Source: Lytechinus pictus
Lineage: Eukaryota
NCBI RefSeq assembly: GCF_037042905.1
Contig: NC_087263.1
Location: forward strand, 9,054,001-9,118,000
Direction of reading: 5' to 3'
Length of the DNA: 64,000 nucleotides
Position numbers and translations under genes: made by a program. The notes under the pieces were generated by a model, which saw only the letters and a program-made list of their open reading frames with translations, made no database searches and was not told where the DNA came from. Shown one piece after another: positions 13,101 through 25,100 of this stretch; within the stretch, counting starts at the first letter, position 1, and each line of letters begins with the position of its first letter.

Positions 13101-16100
13101 GTTGACGAATTGGCAATTTACCAATGGACCTAGTAGTACTAGGCCACTGAATTGAACTTGTCATGTGCCATAACACCTAAACTGCTTCCTTATATCCGAT
13201 ACCCCCCTCCATCCTAGCTCGGCCGCCCCAATAAAGGGAAGGAGGAGAGAGAAGAAAGGAAGAGAGAGATAGATTGTTGAAAGGGAATCAAAAGAACGAT
13301 CAAAAGGGAATTTGAACGCAACATAATATTATACTCTGTTATTGTTTGAATCGTTTCTCTCTCATGAAATCTATATTTTTAATATATATCGTTTCAGTCA
13401 TTCTCATTATTTTACTGCATAGCGAATTACAAAACGTCCTATCCTCGTTTCCACTGACCACACATGACATTATTTATCATTTTATTATTATCATGCAATG
13501 AAATTCATACTGTTTTTACACGCTGCGTCGGCTGCCACTTGACTACCTTGTAAATATTTTTCTGATGATATTCAGTTTAAATCAGTGGCGTTCAAAATAA
13601 GGCTTGGGGCTGTATGGATTCCCAAATTTGTCACGGCCAAAAAAAAAAAAGGAAAGAGAGAAGGGAAACTATTATCTGAATATCATGTCAAAATCTATCA
13701 TAGATTACAAAAAAAAAAATCAAGATTTGTGCCCTATATGTATATCTGGCCCCTTCATTTTTGTTATGTTAATTATTTACGCCACTGGTTAAAATCAAAT
13801 TCAACTTAAAACATTTTCCCTTTATCATTGCATTATACATTCATGAATAGTGAAAGCATGTTCATAACATCTTTCTGTATTTTTCGCTTTTTATACAATT
13901 CCTAACCTTAGGTTGTGTGTATCCCTTATGTTCGCATTCTCAATGTTATTTTTCTCTTTATTTCAATATTATTCTCACAAACTTTATTATGGTATGCCTA
14001 TTCAAGAAAGTATTACTTGTTTGCTTGCCCCATGACAGCTTTGCCTTCACGTTTGCAGATCGGAGTGTCTCTCAGTCAGTATTCAGAGCTATTACTGTAT
14101 TCTCCTTGACCCCCCCCCCCCCCCTGTGAGTTGTAAAACACCCATAAAGGCAAAATATCATATTTTTATCGGCAACATATTTGCGTCACATCACCATAAA
14201 TTAAGTACATCAGAATAGGCGTATACCCATTGAACCTCGCCAGAATGGGCTTGCCCAAAAATTTCAAACACAAATTTCTTTTTTTCCCCGAAAGTCATCA
14301 CCGCTTGGAAGTAGGCGACCTTCCCGCCCCAAAATATTCTTATTCATACAATAGTGCAATCCGTCACGAACACCATGCACGATTGGCCTTTCATAATTAA
14401 CTGATCTCCAAAATAGTTGAACCATATTCCAACACTTTCTACGATCAATACGATCGCCTTGACTGATCTGATACTTTCTGATACGATTAATTATTCCGCG
14501 ATTATATGCCTCTTGGAAGCGGGGGGGGGGGGGGGTGAGCTGGGGATGCGGCATGTATTATTTTCCATGGGCAGCACCCCCTGGAATTCTGATAGGTGTC
14601 AAATTTGAGAAATGTATGGATTGACCAACATTTCGTGTTAGAACCTTTATGTTTTTCTTTTGCTTTGTCAATTTTTTTTCAGCAGGTAACCCCACCCAAA
14701 AAAAATCGTGACAGTGTGAACTGAGCACATTTTTTTTTCAATCATCAAAAATGATTATTATATTATTTTCCCCATGAGTTGTGAAATGTTGACACGCCGA
14801 GATCTCCTTGGTCCCAATCCCAATGAAGAATACATTTCCTCGGCTATATAAAACGACAGTTATCATTCGTTTTTCCTATATTTATAGCAGGAAAATGGGA
14901 GTCCCAATTCCCGGTTCCACTTTCATTGCTAAATAAGTCTACGTTATGCCAATCAAGATGTGAGTGATGTCTTTGTGTCCTGCTCACGTCGCCACGCACC
15001 AGTCATTCACATTTTTTTCAACAGTTGAACTGCTCGTGCACACACTGTATGCGTAGGCCTATATCCCGGAGGCCTATCTTCCTCTCATTTGTTGCAATAA
15101 AAGTTCATCTTTCCATCTATTTTTATTTGTTTATTGTTTATTTAATAAGGGGTAGCCCATTCAACAACAGCTCCCATGGGGCGCCCCTATCTATTATTCG
15201 TCATTGGTATCCATTTGTCTTTGTCCATCCATTCTTGGAGTTATACATTCATCGGATGATCCATTCATATATATGCCTATTCATCCATCTATTCATTCTT
15301 TCAGTCATCCATCCATCCATCCATCCATCCACTGATGGATTTGATTAGGCATATAGGCTATACCCCCACCCTCCCCATACTGGAGAAATACTCTGCGACC
15401 CATTCTCTGGAAATCCTTATTGATACACGTTTCAAAGCAGACGTAAATTACTATCCCCTCGGACGTTGCTTCTCCAAGTCTACTTAGTCTTCTTTCACGT
15501 ACTTCGTTGCCCCGTTTCACACGGCATGACTTGTAAAGTTCTGTTGTAAAACATGCCGGTCGGCCCCCGGGGTCGGCTCCGAAATTCACCCCTCTGCATA
15601 CCTAGAGCGGTTCTACCATAGACCACAGCGCCGCGCAATATTGAATATACTCAACTTCTCATTACTCCATATCTAGCTACAAGCTTTCTTGTGTGGCTGC
15701 AAGAATAAGAGTTTTCCGAGAAATCTTAACCCTTACGTCTACCCCCCCCCTTAATTTTTTTTGCTTTTGCTCATGATGCCTCTGCTCTGCTTGTGAATAT
15801 TGACCAAATAACACTTTATTCTAAATTTGCAACTTGATGCATGGTCGCATACACACACTGTCACGGTCTACACGATGTAGACTACGCTACATACTTCGCA
15901 TCAACAGGTTTCTCAGCTCACCTTTTGACCTCGCAAGTTCAGTCTAAACAACGAAGAATAATCCTACTTTCATGTCAATACTGTGTGTCCTCCATGGTCC
16001 CATCAACTTTTATATTCCTTTTATGTTTTACTATTTTGCATCCCGCCCTGAAAATAATCGTTTTTCTCTTCGCCCTTCCCTTTCTTCATACTCGGCCCTA

Positions 16101-19100
16101 GACAGAATGGGGGTGGCCGTCTATATACATATATATACATATGAAAATTTTTCATCTCGCTCGCTTCAATATTGTTTAGTTAAAATTAGATGACAATCCT
16201 GTTCATGATTACCAAATGTGCTTAGAATGTCAAAATTTTAGGTCAGAATATCAATCACTTGGGCTTAAAAAGTGATTGATATTCTGAACTAAAATTCTGA
16301 CATTCTAAGCACTTTTGGTAATCATGAACAGGATTGTCATCATAGATATCTCTGATTGTCATCTACCTAACAATATTGATGCGAGCGCAAAGAGCGAGGT
16401 GGCCGTCTAATCAAACTCAGCCCTTGCCCTTCTCTGGGATTCTCGTATCTCTTTTAGTCTTGGAGTACTTTCAGATTCATGACATAAGATTCCGAAAGTA
16501 AGCAGTATTACAATCCTTTGCTTCGTCATTCACGTCCGATAATCCACGTGTCTGAATCCTTATTCACGTACGATACAATCATGGAGCTATAGCTCCATAT
16601 AATATGGCTTGTAATTGTCCTGTGTGTGCTATCGCTAATAGTGGAGTATGTCTAAAGTAAACGTGCATGCAGAGCGCAAGCATATCGCTATAGCTAGTCC
16701 ACCTCCTGGACTGTTGGTATTTTGTACGATACGACCTTTGGATACGACTACCAAACACAACACACTACATCCCCATAACACGCATACACACACCCCCTGA
16801 ATAGTCACACGAAACAACATTTTTTTTCGGGGAAAGTGAATCAGTGGGTTAGGTGAATCACTGGGGGTAAGTGAATCAGTGGAGGGCGTGTGTGTGTTGG
16901 TTATGTGTGCGCGCGGGGGTACCTGTACAGTCCGATAAGGTTTGCCCCTGGTTTGCCCAATCAATAAAAATCGTCCAGGACGTGGACCAATCGCTAGCCG
17001 GCTAGCATCGGCTCATTGAGCTTGCACGCAACGTTCGGTGTTTGCTTCTACTCGACTCAGCTACTTCTGCACACAGCGCTGCACTTTGTTGATACGGGGA
17101 TTTCTTGATACCGCGCATGCGCCATGACGTATTTCATCGATATGCATGAGGTTGTAATGAATATGCATGATTCGAACGGTGTTCTAATATCAATTTATTT
17201 GTTAACTCGAGAGGGCGGAAACAAAATATATAGGTTAACCTACATATTATAATATATATTTCACCCCTCAATATCATGAAAACAGAAGAGTTATACCAAT
17301 TTCTTTTGAGTGATAAAGTAGAGCATTGATATAGATATTTAATGAAAATAATATCTTTACAATTGATTCACTGACCTTGTCTAAGATTAACCAATCATAC
17401 ACTATACCTTTAATACCCTCTATCATGTAGTCAAAGATAATTAAGTACATGTATTTCATAGTATCAGATTCCTATTATAATACTAAGGTCTTCCCTTGGC
17501 TTAAAGGAACTCGTAAACTGACACCAATCTTTTGCTTCTCACCAAATACAAATTTAACACATGAAGTTTAAAGTGATCTATTTTTGGATTATAAACTAAA
17601 ATTAGCTGTCCGGGGCTTATTATCTACATTGGTTGAAACTTGATACAGAAGCCCAGAATGTATTTTAGGTAGCCAAGTCAAATCCTCTCACATGCAGGTT
17701 TTGTTTTAATGTTCCTTTGAAATTATTGATTGATTCCCTTAAGTTTATTTCATATAGCATTCATTGCAATTTCTTATATCTGTGGGAATAGTTCACATGC
17801 ACAGACCCTAATTTGAGAGTTTCATCAATACATTGGTCTTGATGACTAGCACAAGTGCAAACTTATTTGGCGCAAATATTCACTATTGAATGATACGCGC
17901 CGTATAAGCTAAAACAACAACAACAATTACTCTCCCTTTAAAGTCAAGATGGTTCATAAACAGACACAAAGGCTCAGAACAGCTAAAGTACGTAATAAAA
18001 ATTTATCTTTTTTAGTCTACCACTCAGCCCTCTTATGCAGTTGCAAAGTAGATACTATCTACAAGAAATTTTTGTCAACACAGGATAAAATCACTTATAT
18101 AATCATAGACAATAAATGGTTACTTTTATCCAAAACTGCACATTATGCAGATATGATACCTGGGGGCTGTTTCATTGCACTCTTCAACAATTTATATCTA
18201 CCAAGAACCTAGTCCTCCAAAGGTGTGACCGAAAATTCCTACTACCAGATTCTTTCTGACCTTGGGTAGGAGTTTCTTGAGGATGTTTTCCAGTTGGTTT
18301 AGATACCTGATCAGCTTTAAAAGGAGACTCAAGAATGAAACATAAGACCTGGAAAGACAAGGAGTCTCCCAAGTACCTACATGTAGTATAACAAAAGTCA
18401 GACTCAGTTGGTCAGACCGAGAGTACATTGTACATGTACCTACCAGATTCTTGCGGACCTTCGGTAGGAGTTTCTTGAGGATGTTTTCATGGTGATCTTG
18501 ATACCTGATCAGCTTAGGAAACCCAGGAATGAAGAAACCTGAAAGGTAATTTAAGCAACACAGCAAATGTCAACATATGAGTAGGGTATTTTTATCCTAA
18601 ATGACTCTTTTCTTTCATTCAAGAGCTGAAAAGGTTTAACGAGTATATGCAGTGCATATACAAATGTTACATTTTTGTAAAAGATGTCAAAATAAGTAAT
18701 TTCTCTCAGATGATGCCAGCGGGACAAACGTTGCTCATACTGACTGAAAAAAAACAGATGCTCATCACAGTTAAAGAGAGTTTAAATCATGAGATGTTTC
18801 TCCCCTCCGCATATATTCTTGCTAATTAAGGCTTAGTTGAAGTGTCTCCCAAACCCAGCTGGTATAACACTGGTCATGTAAGCCAAGGTGCAGAGGTTCA
18901 AATCCCGCCCAGGGCAATATACTTGTCTAACATTCACTTATGTTTATTCCCAAAAATCATGATAGCACTTTGCCGCCATATCATTGTCTAACTCTGGCCA
19001 AGTTGGCTTGAATATTGAAATATTTGGCATTGAAAAAAAAGTGTTTGGCGCCCTCTGTAGTTGACTTACCATGCATGGCGTGCTTGGTGTCTCAGGGCAA

Positions 19101-22100
19101 TGTCCTCGTCTAACATTCACTTAATTTTAATCCCATACCTATGTAAATCATGAGAGCACTTTGCCACCGTATCATTGTCTAACTCTGGCCAAGTTGGCTA
19201 GAATATTGAAATATTTAGCATTGAATAAAACTCCTTTGGCGCCCTCTGTAGTTGACTTACCATGCATGGCATGCTTGGTGTCTGTCAGTAAGATATGAAG
19301 AGCCCAGAATGCTTCTTCTTCGTTAAGGTACATGAGAAGGAGGGCTGCTATTTGGCTCATCCCCTGGCAATATCCAACCTCCTACAGAAAATATCAAAGA
19401 AAGAAAAGGAGATGAAAAATAAATATTTGAGAATCATAATAAAGCTTTCAAATAAAAGTCGACACTTGAGTATGTATACGATTACCGGTATTATCTATCA
19501 ATCTCTTTTTTCATTAATAGATACAATGTATGATTGAATCAATGTTTAGAGTACTTTTCTAAATTTGACTCATAATAAAGCTTTCAAATAAATGTCGACA
19601 CTTGAGTATGTTCACGATTATTGGTATCATCCATCAATCGCTTTATTCATTAGACTAAATAGATACAATGTACGATTTGAATCAATGTTTTGGAGTACTT
19701 TTCAAATTTTGGCTCATACTAAAGCTTTCAAATAAAGTTGACACTTCAGTGTACACGCTGTTATTCATCAACCACTTTGTTCATTAGAATTAATAGATAC
19801 AATGTATGATTTGAGTTAATGTTTAGGAGTACATAAAAATACATAATACTCCTGTTTGTAGACTCTGCATTACATAGTTTTATATGTTCTGATATACAGT
19901 TGTGCTCCAAAGTTTGATAGTGAACCAAACCAGAAAATGAACATATTTAAAGTGTTCAAGTTCTGCCATGTATCAGAAATTTAATTGTGAAGTCAGGTGA
20001 TAAAATATTAAATAATAAATAAAAATAAATTACATTCAATAAAGTTTGTTTCTCTGGGCTCGTCAAACGTTGTATTGTTGTAGTCTACATTCAACACTCA
20101 GCATGAAGGAGTGCATTTTGTGGCAAGGTTCACTAACTTTTTGAGCACAACTGTATTTAGGTGACATAACGTTATGAAGGGATATAAAGAAAATATCTAT
20201 AACAAAAACCCTTATGAATGAAATTAACAAATCCTATGATATTGGGAAATGCTTAAATTTTTTTGGTCTAATCATAACAATTTCATTATATTCCTGTACA
20301 TTTTGTTACAAGCAAATATTTTTTTTAAAAAACTGTGGTGGCATTCTTTCACATGACTACATGTACTGTACATGTAATCTGGTTATAAAACTTTACAAGT
20401 AATTGTGTCTGTTATCAATATCTAATACTTGAGTATGTGAGTACAAGTCATGATGTATCAAATCAATGTTTATATTTTTTATCCTGACAAGATCACCCTT
20501 CTTAATACATGAAAACATACTAATGTCAGAAAAGCTATCTGATAACAGATGCTGAAAATCTCTCCAAATGTCACAACATACCCATTCACAACAGCATGAC
20601 ACTAATTCATCATTGAGAAATTTGTCATTTTTGCATGTATTTCAAAGATACCATAGAATCACATGAATGATCACATGTCATGGTGAATGTTTCTCCAGTA
20701 TGTGAGTGTACATGTATATCATAATACTTAAAATCAAATGTCACGAAATTAAGCCTATATTCATGGCATACTGTAAGACCAAAACATCATTGAGGGCTTT
20801 TTATTTTCTACATTCATATATTTTAAAGATACTGTAGAGTCATGTGACTGGTCACATGTTGTCATGAATGTTTCTTCAGTATGCGAGTGTACATCATAAT
20901 GTTATCTCTGTGTGATCAGGGCAGGAAATGATGCAAGCTTAAGATGGATCTCCTCAATAGTTCAGTCGTCTTTAAGAGATAACTATCAGGGACCTCCTTA
21001 ACAAATCCCTAAGGAAAGAACTTTATAGCTTTCTTCAACAAGAATCATTATCATTGGCATATTCGTATATCCGAGTTGCGATGTTTATTCATGTATATTG
21101 TTTCTACCTTTTCTAAAGATTGTCTTCCAAATTCATGTTCCTTTTTAAAAGGTTTTCAGTTTTTTCAAATTGTCTAATTCCTGCCATTCATTTATTCAGG
21201 GAAATACATGTACTGAATACAGCAAGTGAAGAAAAAAAAAACCCTGTAAAACAAGGGACGAACTTGACATTATTATCTGAAGAAAAAAACCTAGCTTTTT
21301 CTTGTGAGTGTACTCTAATGATAATAATAATAATAAAGTTACGAAAAAACTGTTCTCCCAGCGGGCCCTGCTTAACATGATGATGGTATTATTACCCCGG
21401 CTTTAACACTGCTACATGTACATGTACATGTACCTTGATCGGGCGCTCGAGCATGCAAGGAATTTCTTCCTACCAGGTACCCATTCACCTCAAATTGGAT
21501 GAGTGCAGCACAATGTGGGTAAATCTCCTGCTGAAGGAATACACGCCGTGGCTTGGAATTGAACCCACGTCCCTCAGATTGAAAGACAAGATATTTCCAT
21601 TCATCATATTCATTTCAGATTGGTTTGCTTTAGTCTTGTATAAAGTATTTTCATCTATTCTCAGTGACTGAACGCAAAACTTGTTCTTCTATACAGAACT
21701 TCATTTTTCAATATTGAAATGTCTTGTTACATGTATCATCTTAAAATTGTAATATCTTTCATAGATTACCTTGGCAAATCAGTTTAACAATGTCATACTC
21801 TTTCTCTACATTATTCATTCATAAACACCCCTCCATATCCATTTTGCCTTCTTTTTTAACCTTTTTATATATTTGGTTGATCTTAATATTCCTTCTTGAT
21901 TGACTCGACTTGTTAACATTTCTTAAAATTTCTAATCAATCAATGTTTGGTTGTTATTAATTGATGGACTCTATATTCCTGTTCAATAAGTCATAATATG
22001 TAGCCTTGAAATTATACACTTTCACAGAAATGGCCCTTGCATCATCATGATTTAATTCTTAGAGACTTACATGCGGTTCAGGAATCGTCTGCATTTTAAT

Positions 22101-25100
22101 TCCCCACTTTAACATGTATTTTTAGCTGACATGTAGATTGACCCCATGTTATAATTTTAAACATATATGGAAATATTTAAAAACAACTAGTTTCTTTGAT
22201 AAAGTATGGTTGCAAGTTGCAAATTATTATGCAACGAGATCCCACTTTATCATTAAAGAACTTAAACAATAAAAATTGTAGATATTACAAATCTAAAGAA
22301 TGAAGCTCGATTGCTATGTACATGTAGCCCTAGTATCATCTTGGGTTAATGTCAGATACTGTACTACACAGTCATTTCCAAAGCCATCCAGATTGAGAAT
22401 AGAGATATGGCTTTCCAGCGGATTAATGCTATTGACTGTGGGCAATTCTTGAGCGGAGAGAAGAACTCGTGGAAATCCCACCAAAGATTTCAATCTCTAA
22501 GCCCTAGATGTATTCAAATCCCACAAATGCTCATTGTTTATAAGGCATGATAATGCAACTCTGCTTGGAGGCCTGGGAATCGACAATGCATGCAACAGAC
22601 AGACTTGGAAAAATACACGGAGGATGGGGGGGGTGTTTCAAGAAAAGTTTTGTCAGTGATTTTCTCATGCTAATTATCTCTCAGCCAATGAGATGCAAAG
22701 ATTTGCAGTAGCTTGTAACAATCATTGGTGTACGTAAATCACTGACAACATTTTTCATGAAACACTCACCAGAATGAAAGGAGAATGAGATTATATTTCA
22801 CAGATCCCACTTTATAATTTGCCATTACGGTGTAGATGCTGTACTGATCCCTAAAACCTTCATACGTAAACTTCAAATACATTGTAATGAAGTTAAGCAA
22901 AAAGAAATCAATTTCCAGGCACCTTGAGACAGCTCATCCCTTAAATGTATATATGCTTCTATTCTCAAAAAGATGATGTATGCTGCCAGGATAAATTATT
23001 AATGAGTTGACAATGGTGTCATGATTCATGTCTTCTTATTATAAAGGTCATTATGATTTTTCTGTGTGATATCATGAGACATGTCATATGATGTCATAAT
23101 GATGTCACAATGATGTTTATTTGATTAAGATTTCATTGTGATGTCATGAGCTTGATTTTGAGTTCATAATGGTGTCATGATTCATGTCTTATTAAAGGTC
23201 ATTATGATTTTTCTGTGTGATATCATGAGTCATGTCATAATGATGTCACAATGATGTCACAATGATGTCATCTTTGATAAAGATTTCATTGTGGTGTCAT
23301 GAGCTTGTCTGCTCAACCTTGAACAAAACTTATTGCGCAAATGACTTTCAACTTTCATGAAATTATTAGTCAACTGTTATTTTCAAAGAAAGGGAAGTTT
23401 CCCACATTGTTTTTTATAAGATGAAAATAAGATGGACAAGAATGTAGGTTTGGAGAAGTCAGGATAAATGATGGCCGAAGAAGCATTGTTGTGGACTATT
23501 AATATGACTCCCTCTTTGAGTTTGAGATGTCTGGTCAGAGAGTAAGGGGGCGATCGAAGAAGACATGGAAGAAGCAAGTGGTGGAGGAGAGTCGGAAGGT
23601 TGTATGGAGGGAGGAGGATGCACCAAGTAAAGTGGAAGGAGGGGTGAGGGTGATCTCTGTCAATGCAAGGTAATTCTCTCTCAATCCCAGGAGTCGAAAA
23701 CTTTACCAGGGGTCCGTAACACAAATCTTAACAATGATCATAGAAACATTATTCTACGATTGCTTCCATTGACTACAATACACAATCAATCGTGAAAATC
23801 AAGCGTACGATTAATCGCTAACCTTTGTGTTACGGGACCCAGGTGGGAGTTTCATAAAGCTGTTTGTGATTTACGAGCGACTTTACAAACACCTGGTGAT
23901 CCTTTCTCGATGTAATCATGCGCACCAAATTTTTATGTGGAATAGTTCCTTAGGGTCACCAGTTGTTCGTAAAGTCTTTCACCAAGTTGCTTGCAACTTA
24001 CAAACAGCTTTATGAAAAACCTGGATGAGTGACTACATACCGTATTGTACATAGAGTAAGCAGCGAGGATGTGGAACAGAGCTTGTTGTTTGATGCCGTA
24101 TCTATCCCTGAACATGATGTGATTCCGAAAGGTCCGATTAACGTCCAGATCAATCTGCCTGATGTCCGGTGAGTATATCCTTGCTTTCGCCTTCATTCTC
24201 TGAAACACAGAAAAGGGATAGGGAATTTGAGAAACTCGTTCTTCATTTAATACACAATCACGGAAATTTACCTGTATTTTGGTAAGCTTTCTCTTGCTAG
24301 GCTGCAAGCTTCATCAGACATTTGTCGTAGGGAAGTTATTTTATTTCACCTCAAGGATTTAATGAAGGCCATAGCGATGGATGCCTTGTTGATGGGCCTT
24401 GATGCCCTCCTATTGGCCTTGGAAATTCGGTGTGCCCCCCTCTTCTTTTCCATTTTTCTTGTTTGTGCTGTAATACAGAAATGTGCCCTCTGGAAAGTGG
24501 CCTTGCCCTAAATATCATCAAAATATCCAGTCCAGTCCAAGCAGTGATGGGGGATGATAGCAATATATTGACCTGAAAATTCACAATTTTGGGGACACCC
24601 CCACAGCAAGAGCTTGTCACAAATAATCCTATAATATTGAAAATACAATGTATGGCTTTCACCCAGTAAATTCTCCAAGCCATAAATTGAATTTTCAATC
24701 TAATGAAACTTTCCCCACCCCAAGCCTTTAATAGAGTTGCCAACCTGATCAAGGACATTCAGTATTTTAAAGGCTGAGAATCAGTATTTTTGGTAAGAAA
24801 ATCAGTATTTTCACAGAAATACCCTAGGGCAATGCATAAATTGAAACTTTAGAAATCAGTAATTTGCATGAAACCACCAGTATTCTTTCTCATTTTTCAA
24901 CCAGTACTACTTGGCAGCTTTGCTTTAACATTCAAATCCTATTCACAAACATCACAGTCTGTAATATTTTTTTTAAGTGTTTCCCTAATTTCTCTGAACT
25001 AATGTTGTTCATGGTACTCCTGGGGAAACAAACCATAACAATCAGTTCATAGGATCATGGACCTACATGTACATGTACTACTTTGACAGTAAGTCCATGA

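Larger units (their letters stand above)
4667..17409. mobile_element. Large (~12.7 kb) Kolobok-like insertion with TTAA flanks; no recognisable transposase; carries many nested repeats
   Basis: TTAA at 4663-4666 and 17410-17413; imperfect inverted termini AGGTAAATTGTGTCATTGGTTTAT vs AGGTATAGTGTATGATTGGTTAAT (19/24); composition shift inside. Confidence 0.55.

Noticed and set aside
14264..16964. ORFs of 94-109 aa inside the large insertion as a nested gene or transposase
   Set aside because: No recognisable domain, no consistent splice chain, and they run into homopolymers or microsatellites.
20930..23000. Possible decayed LINE or transposase coding fragments (also ~26130-26340, 27260-27660, 29820-30300)
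   Set aside because: Composition is suggestive but no diagnostic motif could be read, so no family was assigned.
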